Both the position numbers and the translations under genes were made by a program. The notes under the pieces were generated by a model. It was not told the origin of the DNA. It worked only from the letters and a program-made list of their open reading frames with translations, and searched no databases. Below, one piece after another: positions 49,356 through 62,299 of a stretch of 64,000 bases of DNA. Position 1 is the stretch's first letter; every line of letters starts with the position of its first letter. The stretch spans positions 37,510,001-37,574,000 of the forward strand of contig OZ024741.1 of the NCBI GenBank assembly GCA_964016885.1, read 5' to 3'. Source of the DNA: Eledone cirrhosa (lineage: Eukaryota).

Positions 49356-50000
49356 TCTATATATATAAAACTGAGGATGTCTGTCTGTGTGTGTGTGTCT
49401 GTGAGTTTGAATCTCTAAAACTCGAGAAGTACCCAACCGACTTTTTTCAAACTTTACATGTGTATTACTTATATTTCAGGGAGTGTTATGAACATAAAAA
49501 ATTCAACTCTTTGATCTCCTAGGGCCCGCATTAGGTGAAAAACTGCGTTTTTTAAACTTTTTGGTGGGGTTTTTGAAGCGTTACGTCAGACCGATTTCCT
49601 TGAAATTGTAACTATGTATTAGTCAGTCTCTTCTTCATACCGTGAGCAAAGAAAATCCAACTTTTTTCTGGCCTAGGGCCCGCATTACGTGAAAAACTTC
49701 ATTTTTTCAGCTTTTTAGGGCTTTTTGGAGGCGATTTTGGAGCCGATTTTCCCGAAATTTCAAGGCATATTATGAAGATAAAAAAAATTCATTTTCTTGA
49801 TCCCCTAGGGCCCGCATTAGGTGAAAACCTGCATTTTCCCTGCTTTATTGAGGAAAATCATAAAGATTATCCAGCCATCAGAGTATTCGGTTTATTTTCT
49901 TTACATATTGTCCAGGCATGTAGTTTTTCCACGATTAGGTCTGTTGGCGGCCTGCCTTCCAAAATACCTTATCCCGTGCAACGCCGGGTACCACTGCTAG
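49356..50000 (+). mobile_element. Non-autonomous Helitron
   Basis: a|TCTATATATATAAAA 5' end, GT microsatellite, 3' hairpin cccg-tgcaacgc-cggg then CTAG|t; three internal cctagggcccgcatta..tgaaaa repeats. Confidence 0.85.
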
Positions 50001-50904
50001 TGGTCTATAAAATCCAGAAATCCAACATTTCTAAGCGTCTTACTAACTCAGGCAGAGTTGTTAAGGTGTCAGATTAAATGCCTCAGTATTTGTTCTGGCT
50101 CAATGCTCTCTGAGTTCAAATCATGCTGAAATCAACTTTGCTTTTCATCCTTTAGGGGGTTGATAAATAAAATACCAGTCTAGGGTTAACAGAATAAAGT
50201 ACCAGTCTAGGGTCAGTCAATCGACAGATTTGTTAAAGAGTTGGACAAGAGACTTTGTGATATTTGATTTAGCTCTGTTCATTCTGAATTCCAACCCTTC
50301 CCCTTTCTGCTAGGAGTTATGACTAGCAGATAGTATCAACAATGGAAATACCAACAAAAACATTGTTTCCATGGTTCAATCTAGTGATTAGCTCCTTTCT
50401 TTTCCTTGTTTTACTTTATCTTCATTTATTGTCTGTATTTCATTATAAAATTCATGCCTGCTTCTTGCACATACATTATATAACTTGGCATGTCTTCTTT
50501 TTTTAATTCATTAATCTACACTTCTAGACACTCTCAACTATAATTAATTGCCTTGCTGGCATAGGTTTTTAAAATATTTTTTCTCTCTATCTAACTGAAT
50601 TATCATTTACAGTGTGATCATCCATGTTTGAGAAGACTGTATAGCCCATGTTTCTCACTGCACTTAAAATCTAATTTAATGTCAGCTTGTTTCAGACGCT
50701 ATTGACTACACTGCTTACATATGATTATTTGCTATCTATCTCTTTCTGTATAATAAGCTTCAACCTTACATCATACTATGTCTGTTTTCCATGCTGATAT
50801 GTGTTGGACAGGTTGTCACAGTCTGAGATTAGACAGCTTGAGGAACCATATCTTGCTCATACATTCCATTTTTGACATAGTTTCTTCAGCTGCATGCCTT
50901 TCCT

Positions 50905-51140
50905 AATACCAACCACTTTAGAGCATGTGCTGGGTGCTTTTTATCATAGCATTAGCACTACCACTGTTACAGAGTGTACCCAGTTTCTTTTATCATGGCA
51001 TCAGCACTATTACCTACAGAGTGTACTGGGTGCATTTTATCATGGCACCAGCACTCCCACTTTACAGAGTGTACTGGATGCATTTAATAAAATCACCAAT
51101 ACTACCATTTTAGAGTATACTGGGTGCATTTTATCAGGGC
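50905..51140 (-). repeat. Tandem ~42-bp subrepeats within an RTE-3'UTR-type repeat
   Basis: About 6 copies of tacagagtgtactgggtgc..tttatcatggca. Confidence 0.7.
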
Positions 51141-51164
51141 GCCATTATTACATAATACATTATA

Positions 51165-51336
51165 CAGGTAAAATTCCATTATTACAAATTTTTTTAGGAT
51201 AACAAAATCTTTTCAATCCCCAAGGCAATAACAAACAAACACTCAATTTGTTTCGGTTGATCTCGTTATAAAGAATTTTTCGTTACAACAAATTTTTTTT
51301 ATACCCAGTGAATTTCGTTATAATGGAATTTCACTG
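51165..51336. mobile_element. Tigger/pogo-type MITE
   Basis: TIRs caggtaaaattccattat / ataatggaatttcactg, preceded by TA. Confidence 0.6.
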
Positions 51337-54300
51337 CAAATGAATTGGATTACTTGTCATCTAAAAATTAACCCTAAACTATGTTTGGAAGAACTAATTA
51401 AAACAGTAATAGATATTCTAACTTTTATCATGGCACTGACACTAGAGAGGCTGCCTTGTTTTCTGTCAGGCTAAAGAGTCTTTTCTACTCTGCATTGTTG
51501 AAATGAGTAAAATTGGCTCCTGAGTGTGTTAACGGGAAACACAACAATAACAGTGAGAAGAAGATGGTAGGAAAGAGGTAATGGAAGAGAGAGACAGTGA
51601 TAACTACATGATGGTTATTGGTAAGAACTGTGTGATGGGTTGTAGTGGGTAGTGAGTGATGGTTAGCAGTAGAGATGGGATATGATTAGTGAGAGTAAGT
51701 GATGGATAGCAATAGAGATGGGTGATGGTGTGAGAGTGGTAGACATCAATTATAAGAAAGAGAGAATGATAGCTAATGGTAGAGGACAGTGGGAGTTGAT
51801 GTTATTCCTCATTATGCAGTGATCATATTGGCAGAGAAGTTGAGTGAATGTAGATGATGATGCAAGTCTTGAGCAAGTCTTGAGCATCCACTGTTACACA
51901 GGTGGCATGGTACAGTGAACAATAGATCATATGGTAACTAAGAAAGCAGTAGATGGGTGAGAGACATAACTACCATTATTTTAACAACTGTTTTCCCATG
52001 CTTGCACCAGTGAGCAGGTCTTTTCCAACTATGTGTGTTACCAATTGTCACAATTCTTTGTCATTTCTTTTTGAAGTTCAGCTTCTTGAAATCAGTCTTT
52101 ATCACTTTATCTCATGTCTTTCTAGGTTTCCTTCAAGTTAAAGTGGTCAGCCCTTCTTTTATATAACTGGTATCCTCCATATGTATCACATTCCTGTACC
52201 AGTGTTATCATCCCTCTTGCGCACTACATCTGATTCCTCTTATATCTATCTTTTCACTCAACTCATTTGTGCTCATTCATTTATGTGTACTAACATTACA
52301 CATCAAGCTTGATTCATTTCTTTCTACAAATTGTCCACTTCTATGACACCTATCTAGTTGCTATGCTGCATCACAATTCATATACATGTATTATACAGTC
52401 TGCCTTCCACTCTCACAAACAAACTCTTTGATATTAGCAGAGGTAATAACTCCCTGAACTGGCAAAGATGTGCGTGTAGGTTTATGAATTAGCTTTGGGA
52501 TGATTGCTAGATGGTTTTTTTGTCATTTCCCTCTGGTGGCAAGTCTCCACTGGAAACATTTCAAGAGAATTCAACAAACTTTCAAAATAGTGAACCCTGT
52601 TACAGGTATTCAAGGACAAGGAGGTAGTTTTATACACGGAACCTAAAGTTTAAAGTGAAAAATAGTTCTTAATGTGCATATTGTGAGCCCAGTATGAGAA
52701 GGGTTACCTTAAAGTGGTTTGAAACCTTTTATTCCGCTTCCAGCAGTTTGGGTGTGACTATATTTTACTGACTCATTCGCATCACATCTTTTCATCACCT
52801 TTGTGGTGACTAACCCTCAGGCCCTGCACTAACCACTATGTGCAGTCCTTCCAATCCAGAATGTTGACCATCTTGAATTCACTGCTCATATCTTCCCCAA
52901 AGGAGTGAATCTGCAGTAATTTAAACAGAACTTCAACAGCATCAATCTCTCTGATCTTAGAGGGTCTGTGAATGCCATATGCCCTGTCCCTTCCTCCAGA
53001 TCTCACTCCCTCCTAAGTAAATTCTGTTAAATCTATGCTATTGTAGAATATTATTACCATTCTCTACATGATGATGATCATTTTATAAGTTGAGAGAATA
53101 TGTTTTGTTTATATATCTGTAAGTTATGAAGAAAATAATATCTGATTGTCTATGACCAATTGGCTGGATGGATCTCTGTCAGTTTTACCAATGAGTGTTT
53201 CAGTTGTTTGATCAATGGTACAGCTTGCTTATGAATCTAATGTGCATGTAGCTGAACATTTTGCAAGCAGGTGTATTAACCCTTAAGGTAATTCTCAGGG
53301 AGATTCAGCATGACACAGTGTGTGACAAGGCTGGCCCTTTCATTTACAGATATAATTAATTCAAAAGGCTTCCAAAGAGTTTATGCCTACCCAATTTCAC
53401 TTGTGAAGCATGAGTCCACACAAGGCTTTACCCAAGATGCTACAGTGTGATCGAACCTGGGATCTAATGATTCTGAAGCAGACTGCTTTAACATTTGGCC
53501 AGGCTGTGTTCAGTTGATGAATAATAGTATTTGTACCTGTAGCTATCTCCTCTGACAACATATAGAGAGGTAGGCTCTAGAAATCTTTTGGATGAATGAA
53601 ATTTCAATTTTGATGGCCAGTTTCTGCTGTTTCTTGTTCTTGTTCACTGACTTATAAACTGTTATGTACCCATGCATAAATATAGATGCCAACATCTGTA
53701 TATAGTTTGCTTCAGTTGTTTAAATTGTCAACTAGCCTATTTGGAGAATAACTCTCATCAAATGACTTTTAGGATATTTGTGTAATAATAAATTTAGATT
53801 TCAACCTCTGTAACAATATTTCACAAGTCTTTTGCCCACAGGTGCCAACTTAATGTGTGATCTTTTAAAATCTAAATAGCAGTGTTAGATAAGAATTATA
53901 ATTATTGATTAACAATGATGCCAAACATAATTATTATTTTATTTAATCCTTTTGATGCCAAATTACCTGAAACTGCTCCTGGTTCTATATTACAAAGCTG
54001 TTTAATTTAAAGTGTTTATATTTATCAAAACATCTCATCATAATTTTACATCAGAAACTTTGTTAAATAATGCTCCAAACACCAGCATGAGAAAGTTATA
54101 TTACTAACTCCCCCGCCCACAAAAAAAAATCTTGATTATTTTCAAAATTATTTAAAAATAATAGGAAGTACATTTCATTAGAAATATAGTAACAAATGGT
54201 TAAAGTGTTTATATTTATCACAAAACCTTCCATCATAATTTCATGTAAGAACCTTTGTTAAGTTGTACCCTAGACACCAGTTTAATAAGCAGAACATTAA

Positions 54301-55849
54301 TTATATTATTATATCTCCAAATTCTTGATTATTTTCAAAATGATTTGAAAATCATAGGCAGTGTCTTTCTTTGGAAATATGATAATGAAAAGTTTCTGCA
54401 TTGATTTAAATGTAATTTTTCAATGACACATCCAATGATATTTCAAATAGCTTCTTCTTCATCTCAAGCATCATATTTGCTTTTAAATGTCATCAGTACA
54501 TAGGGAAGGGTAGAACAGCATTTATTGAATTAATGTAATTTTGTAACTTTGAATGCATATTTTCTCAGATGTCACCTGTTCCGCAGTAACCATGTGAGAG
54601 ATAATAAACCATCAAATGCCTACCATTTTGTTTTAGTTTGCATTTATTTTTAAATCTCTCTAGAATATTAAAAGTATTATATTACAAACATTAATTTAAA
54701 AGTGACGTCTTTTTTTATGGTTTTTAAAACATAAATGTGCCATTAAGTGTATCATGTACCATAAATATAGTATGGAATAATTATTAATTGTAATTGCACT
54801 AAATGGGAAAATTAAAATTGAAATTATGTAGAATTATGTTGAATAAATTTAAGTAAGAATTCATGTATGTGTGTGTGAGAGAAAGAGAAAAGAGGAAGTA
54901 GATAGATAGGGGTGGAAAGAGAGAGAGAGATTATTTGTGTAAAGTACTGTATTCCTTTGAGTTAAATTTCGTTTTAGAAAAATAATAAGTGAGGAGGAAA
55001 TTCTTTTAGTGTTAACAATTTATCCATTTTATGACATGAAGTAACTAAATGATAAGTTTATTTTATCTAGATTGTAAAATACTTTTTTTAAGAAATTACA
55101 GCCATCACTCGCAATAGTGTAGGACTTTTGCTAAAGGTTTTAGGTGCCCATGTAGTCGCAAGGAGACACAGGCACTCTCTCAAACTTCCCTTCCACAATC
55201 CAGGTGAACATTCAGAATGTGACAGCACTAGATTGCTACTTTATTGACATCAGAAGAATAAAAGGCAAAATGGTCTTTGGCAAGATTTGAACCCAGAGCA
55301 TAGAGAGTCAAAACAAATATCTAATACTCTAACAATTCTGCCAAATTGACTGCCTTTTTATGAAGAACTAATATATAAGTAAAGGACTAGTAAAAAGATA
55401 AGAAGCTTGATAGTGGGATATGTTTTCTGTGATTCATTCATTGCTTATATGAATGTAGAATGTCTGTTTTTAATCAAAATATAATTGCTTGCTATTATTT
55501 ATTATGGAATCAAGTATATAAGAATAGAATTTCACATTAGATAATGCCATGGATGCTTTTCTGATCTCATAGCTCTTTATCTCATAAGTACTTAAAACCA
55601 ATTGCAATACCTGCTTTTCTTTCTCTCATCTCTCACGTAATCTATCTTTCAATCTTTATCTATTCATTGCATCATTCTGTGACCTTCTACCATCATCTTC
55701 TATGTTTTGTCTTCTTTTTTCATACTTTTCTTATACTCTTCAGCCTCTAATTAGAGTTTCTTACCACATTTTTACTGATTTTTTCTCCAGTGATTCCTCA
55801 AAACCTTTGAGTTGTGTTAATTAGCTTGCCATTGGCCATTGATATTGAT

Positions 55850-56150
55850 ATCATCATCATCATCATTTTACGTCCGCTTTTCCCTGCTTGCAAGGGTGGG
55901 ACGGGAACTGATTCTGGCTTGATTTCTACAGCTGGATGCCCTTCCTAACACCTACCTCATTTACAGTGAGTGCTGTGTGCTTTTTTGCCGTGGCACCTCC
56001 ACGACCACTTTGCATTTCTACAGCTGAGTAAACTGGAGCAATGTGAAATAAAGTGTCTTGTTCAAGGAAACAACACATCACCCGGTCTGAGAATTGAACT
56101 CACAACCTTTCGATTGCAAGGCCAATGCTCTAACCACTAAGCCATGTGCC
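55850..56150 (-). mobile_element. CORE-type tRNA SINE with RTE-B tail (small internal deletion)
   Basis: Near identical to 33071-33416. Confidence 0.9.
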
Positions 56151-57152
56151 TCTCTCAATAAATAAAAATTAATGTACATTATATACTCTATATTTCTACT
56201 ACACTGAATATCTCCTCATATTGTTTGGATTACCTAATTATTCTGTTTTTAATAAAATTCTTGGAATCTATTTCTAATACAACAGCCGGCACACTATCTA
56301 CCCTGAATTAAATCAGCCTAAATAAGCCTATTCTAGCTATGTAAGCTTCCTTATCAAAGTCACCCATTATAAATTGAAACACTAATTATAATGTAATGCT
56401 GCTACTCCCACCCTCATAATCAGCCTTGATTAAATATATTCCAGCTATAACCAGTTCATATTTTTTCAGGCGTAGTGTACTCCCATGCTTCATTATCCAA
56501 TGCCTCCTTTTTTTTAAAATAGCAAGGAGTGATTTCAGGGAAATTGGCTGCTGTTTCTTGCAGTTTAAATGAGCATGTAAAGACTGTTATAAAACCCTAG
56601 TTGTTTTTTTTTTTGCTCTCTTGTCAAGTTTTTATTTGAAATCAGTTCTTTTATTTTAACCCTTTTGAAAACCAAATCACCTGAAATTGTCACTGATTCT
56701 ATGAAGCAAACTATTTATTTTAAAGTGTTTATATTTTTATAAAATCTTTCTTAAGTATATAAAACACACACACAGCCTCACAGACACACACACACACACA
56801 CAGAGACACACACACATATATGTATATACCATCATCATCACCACCACTGTTTAATGTCCATTTTTCCACACTAGCATGGGTTAGATGAGTTGTCCCTTTG
56901 AAACAAGCCAGATCAAATGGCCCTGTCTTAATCACACAGAACTGATTCTGACTTGGTTTCTATGGCTGGATGCCATTCCTAACACAAACCGCATTTACAA
57001 TGCGTACTGGGTGCTTTTTTTCATGGCACCTACACGACCACTTCAGAGCTGAGCACTTTTTGTCATGTCACTTACACAAGCACTTTAAAGTGTGGGCTGG
57101 GCGCTTTTTGTCACCTACATGACCACTTTACAGTGGTTAGATGCAGAGTGTG

Positions 57153-57239
57153 TATATTAGTGAAAGTAGAGGATCTACCGTGAGCTCAAAGAACTGAAAG
57201 CATCGATCTCACAGTAGATCCTCTACCTTTACTAATATA
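57153..57239. repeat. 32-bp-arm hairpin
   Basis: 57153-57184 vs 57208-57239, 29/32 matches, 23-nt loop. Confidence 0.85.
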
Positions 57240-57282
57240 TATATAATTTCAAGTATTACATTGAAGCGCTAGCTGCAATAAG

Positions 57283-58052
57283 GTAACACCAGTTGAAATA
57301 TATATAATTTCTAACCAGCGCACTAACTCTATATCGCTGTGTAATTGCCTGTTGGCATTTAATGTCCAGAAAGGTTTTAGGCACTACCATTGTTACTGTC
57401 ACACTATTTCTTGCCATGGTACTTGGAGACTAGAGCTGAATGCTACCATCCTATTGTACAGCAAATGGAGACTGATTTTCTCCAATAACCGATTTTTCAC
57501 TTCCTTGTTAATTTGAGTTTGAGATAAGTTGGCTGAGTGCTTATGGCAGGAGTGGAACTATTTGAATTTCGTCTCCTACTGTCATGTAAATTTCTGAACC
57601 AGTAGCCAAATGGTTGACGGCATTGTGATGACGTGTTGACCGTCATATTCACTGTCATAGCCGACATGGACTGGAATTGAGTTCTGTTGATCGATTGGTT
57701 ATTGATTAGGTGAAACCCGCTGATGAAGCCACATGTGCCGATTGTGCATTGTTGCATAATAAATGTAGACAGTGGATGCTGTGCATTCTATTGCTCCATT
57801 AAGTGTGGCCGAAACTCGAGTACGGGTATAGATTGAAGGTACCCATTTACGTGTGTTGTATTGAAGCGAATAACTATGTGTCTACTCTGGGATTTTACAT
57901 AACATTACATATTAAGTACGCTGTGATACAACCAGTACTAGGAGTAAAACCCATGCTAGTCCCGTCAACTTCATCATCTTCGTTTAATGTCCATCTTCCA
58001 CGCTAGCATGGGTTAGACATTATATATATATATATATTTCGACTGGTGTTAC
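57283..58052 (+). mobile_element. Putative HHR-bearing Penelope/retrozyme-like element bounded by ~24-bp inverted repeats
   Basis: gtaacaccagttgaaatatatata / tatatatatttcgactggtgttac; non-repetitive interior with an HHR. Confidence 0.45.
57715..57827 (+). ncRNA. Type I hammerhead ribozyme with 70-nt loop II insert
   Basis: ACCCG-CTGATGA-A-GCCACA-[70 nt]-TGTGGC-C-GAAA-CTCGAG-TA-CGGGT; all core bases intact, palindromic stem III ACTCGAGT, GUA triplet. Confidence 0.8.
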
Positions 58053-58949
58053 TGACAATTTGCAGTCTGTTTTATTTTCTAATTGAACTTGTCAAAGCAT
58101 TAATTGAATGTTAGTTATTGTATATATTGTAGATGACGGTAAGGAAGTAAAAAAAAAAGGAGAAGAGTAAATTGATGGAGTTAAGTGTTGCTAGAAAGCA
58201 GTTATATTCTTGTATTTCAGGATGAGCATTAATTTTATTAATCAATTAGACAAGTTCATCAGTTGATTAATTTATTTGTTAAAGTTCTTTCATCACAACC
58301 TGTGGCCCTGTAAATGACTGTGCTCCTATGCACCTCCTCTTTGTTTAAACTTACTCCATGCTTTCTGATCACCTTTCAAGTCTTCATCATAGAGGTGAGG
58401 TGTGTATATGTGAATGTCAGTTTTGATGCTGTTGTCTTTCATTCATTTATTTATCTATTTATATTTGTCATGGATAAAAACAAACAGAATATAAAGCAGT
58501 CAGTGTAATTTCTTGTTAATAAGGTGGGTAGGAGGCGAGAGTTTATGCCAGTTAATTCTAAAATAAACAGTATTTACTGAGGTAAGAGACATAAAAGTTA
58601 ATTTGTAAAAGTCAGGAATGGATGTAGATGTGTAAAATTATGAAAATACTTAGGTTTAAGAAAATAAGTTAAAGATTTGTAAATGTAATTGAGAGAGTGT
58701 TTAAACAGGTAATTATGCAAAATGAGTAAAGCATGTTTATCTTACAAGGTTTGTAGAGGGTGACTTAAAAAATACCTTAGTTTAGTTTAAAATGTGGTGT
58801 ATTTTGGATTAGGTTTCAGTTAAATGCTTGTCTGGTATAAAAGAATGTATAAAATGTGAGTAAAGTAACTGGGGCTAATATAATAGGGGAAGGAACTTGA
58901 AGATGTTAAACTTTGTGAGGCCAAGAAGTAATTGTTAAACCCATTTAGA

Positions 58950-59206
58950 TAGAAAAAAGGGTGTTTTTTAGAGGGTTATAACAATGCAAATAGGACACTA
59001 AATGTTAAAAATAATGATAACACAGTTGTTAGACTATTCCTTGGGAGTCCTTAAGTAAATTTGCAGCTCTTCTTTTGATGAAAGGATCTTAATCTTGAAA
59101 TATTAAGGACTATTAAATACATCCAACAACATTGTTATCGTAATTTTTAACATTTAATGTCCTATTTCTATTGCTGTAGCCCTCTAGAAAGACACACTAT
59201 TTTCTA
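58950..59206. repeat. Long imperfect inverted repeat (fold-back/MITE-like)
   Basis: ~85-bp arms tagaaaa..aaataggacactaaatgttaaaaat.. / ..atttttaacatttaatgtcctattt..ttttcta, plus inner agtccttaa/ttaaggact. Confidence 0.75.
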
Positions 59207-60211
59207 GACTTTGCACAATGCTTCAAGCAAACTACAACACCCTCTTATGTTTAGACAGGTTATGAGAGTGAAAAAATATGAGAGGTAATTGTGGACTTAC
59301 AACAATTGACATGTTCCTTTATTTATACAAATTATTATTCATTTTTCCTGTCCTCCTGTCTCTGTTCAAGTTATGTTTACTTTATCTTTCCTATTAACAT
59401 TATAGTATTGTTTTTCATCTCATTCCTCATCCTTAAAATATCCCAGAACAGTGAAGACAGTGTTTAACTATCTTGTTAAACTTTGTCACCCTGAATGGAT
59501 CAGCAGTACTGTCGCCAGGGGTTGAAACTCTGTATATCCATTATGATGACTACAGTCATTTTATTGCCCTGTTCATGTTAACATCTTTGTGTCATCTATG
59601 TTTACTTCTATGTCTCTTGCTTGCCTAATCATCTCCATTCATGTACTGTTCATTTTTTACTGTATCTGTTGCCGATTTTGTCATTGACATAACAAAGGTT
59701 CCTTCTACTTTTCTTATATCATCATCATCATTTAACGTCCATTTTCCATGCTAATATGGGTGTATATATATCATCATCATCATCATCATCAACGTTTAAC
59801 GTCCATGTTCCACGCTTGCATGGGTTTGGACGGGGGTATTCCCACTTGAGGCAAGAGTGATTGTCTTGCTCGCATAGGACAGTCTGGCAGGTTTGCATTG
59901 TATGCACATTAAGGGTTAATGTGCATACAATACAGTTCCACTCATATGTTAATTAATGAGTTGGATATTCAATTGATTGAACAACTGAATGCTCGTGTTG
60001 AAACCAATGGAGGATCCATTATCATCCTCATCAAGTGACAAGTGGAAAATTTTTGAAAACTTTCTCCCTTTATCCACATAATTCTTTTTACAGATTATCA
60101 AAAACTATGTAAAGAAAATCTCATGAAAAGGATGTTAAAATCCTCTTGAATGTTTCTTGAAATCAAATGTCCAACTATACTATTATTTGATGAGTTGTAG
60201 TGCACCTGAGC

Positions 60212-60335
60212 ATTGCCTTTCATCCTTATGGGGTCGATAAAATAAAGTACCACTCGATTTAATCGACTTTCCCCTCCAATTGCTGGCCTTGTGCCTATAT
60301 AAGAAACCATTACCATTATTATTATTATTATTATT
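60212..60335 (+). mobile_element. 5'-truncated Meta-domain SINE with (ATT)n tail
   Basis: gcctttcatccttatggggtcgataaaataaagtacc...gctggccttgtgcc. Confidence 0.8.
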
Positions 60336-60804
60336 GGCGACCTGCGTAGGAAATCGTATTATCATGAGCTCCGCAAAGGTTTGTTGTTTTCAGTTGTTTC
60401 AAATTGCCAGTTATGGAAAAATTTTTGTTGTTAAGTGTTTATAAGTTCACATATATTGTTTTCTGAAAAGGACACTAAAAAATTTGGGGCCTTGAGCCCA
60501 AAATTTAAACTTTTATAATTATCAAAAAAAAACTTTCTTTGAAAAAAAACATGGACGGCTCTCAGCCACACAAAGCTGACAGCCTTCCTCACAAACTAAC
60601 ACCTCACACCAACACCACCATTGTAAACATTACTACGGTTGCCAACACTAAAAATATAAGCAGTGGCAATAATTTAAATTTGTCACATGCAGACATTCAC
60701 TCCCCGCCATTACCAATAACTGCAGGTTTTAAAGCCACCCTCCCACCCCCACCACAGCGACAACAGAAACAAAAAAAAAAAAATTATTATCTCGTGACAT
60801 CGAA

Positions 60805-62127
60805 ATGGATTCACCCAGAATCGACTCTTCCACGCCGAACACCACTGACACCACCACCACCACAACTGAAACTAAAAATAACAATAACAAAGATAACAAT
60901 AACAACAACAGCAACAACGAGAATAACAACAACAACATCGACACCAGCGCAAAACAAAATGTGTCGTTTGCCAAAGCAGCCAAGAAAAGCGAAACAATCG
61001 CGGTAAGCCAGGATGAATTAAATGAAGCCAAGAGAATGGTAAAAAAAGATGGGTACAGGGTCAGCCTCACCCCCCCTCCCCATCTAATAAAATGGATCAT
61101 CGGCGCCTATGCACTGTGTCATATCGGACGATAAACACAAAATCACGCCGAGTGGAACAGGCATCCGAGTCCCGGATACAAAACCCACATCAGACGTGGG
61201 CAGAAATATGGAACCGTGGACGTGTTCTTTGGAACCTCACAGGAAGCCAGAGAGCACTCCATGGCCCCATTATGAAGTGACGAGTTCACATTCGTCCCAA
61301 GCTATTGTGGTCAGAGACTCGTGAAAATCAGGGTGACCCACGTTCCGCCGGCCATCGAAATTCCCTGGCTAATGGCTGCCGTCCTCACTGGCATCGAAGC
61401 CAACATGAAAATAATTGAGGTAACAAAAGAAAAGCAGGAGAACTGGTCCGGATCTTGGATGGAGCTCCTGATCCAAGCGGACCAAAACAACATTGAGGAA
61501 ATTCCAGAGGTGATAGACCTCAATGACGGCAGCCACCTCACCGTAATCATTGAGGGTAGAAGGCCTAGGTGTGTCGTTTGTGGCGAAGGAACCCACCTAA
61601 AGGCTTTTTGCCCTCAGGCTAAAAAGTTGAGGCCACCTCTCCTACCCACCCCAGTGACTCAACCATCAAAACCACCAGCAGTAGAAATGGCAGCAGCAAC
61701 TGTAGCAGCAACAACCCCAGCAACAGTAGCAAAACCAACACCACCACCACCACCCACCATGCCAGAATTAGCACCAGCGCCTCCACCATCCACCACGCCA
61801 CAACCAAAACCAACGCCTGTGGAGGATTTTCCACTCCCCTACCTATCACAACTGGAGACAGATTGTGACGATGAGGAGGAGTGGGAAATGGTATCAGGAA
61901 AAAAGAAAAAGAAAAAAGGAACCAAAAAAAGAAAAAATTCTCTTCCTTCGCCCTCCAAAAACAAAATGCAGGGGGAAACAAATGAGCAAACAAACAAAAA
62001 AGTGAAGAGAGCTATGCCACCACCCACACCAGCATCACAGAAAAAGACTACACAACACCCCAAAAATTCACACCACCTCCACACATACAAATCACTCGCA
62101 TCACACAGAAAACGTACACGACACTAA
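60805..62127 (+). pseudogene. Tx1-type ORF1 (CCHC knuckle CVVCGEGTHLKAFC, Pro-rich region, basic tract)
   Basis: ORFs 60805-61134 and 61321-62127 share one frame, with stops at 61132-61134 and 61273-61275. Confidence 0.75.
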
Positions 62128-62299
62128 AACAAAAATTCCCCAAGGACATCGGAGACTTCCGACAAACACTCCCCAGGAGGATTTATAAGGACATCCTTCC
62201 GGAGGAGGCCACAAGCAGTGAGAAGGATGGAGAAACCATCCTTCCTCTACGAGAAGTGAGGTAAGTGGTCTTTCCCATCTTTTTCTACTCCTTTTCAAC

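Noticed and set aside
50905-51140. Regular ~42-bp repeats superficially like a CRISPR array
   Set aside because: No unique spacers, degenerate, eukaryotic context, no cas genes
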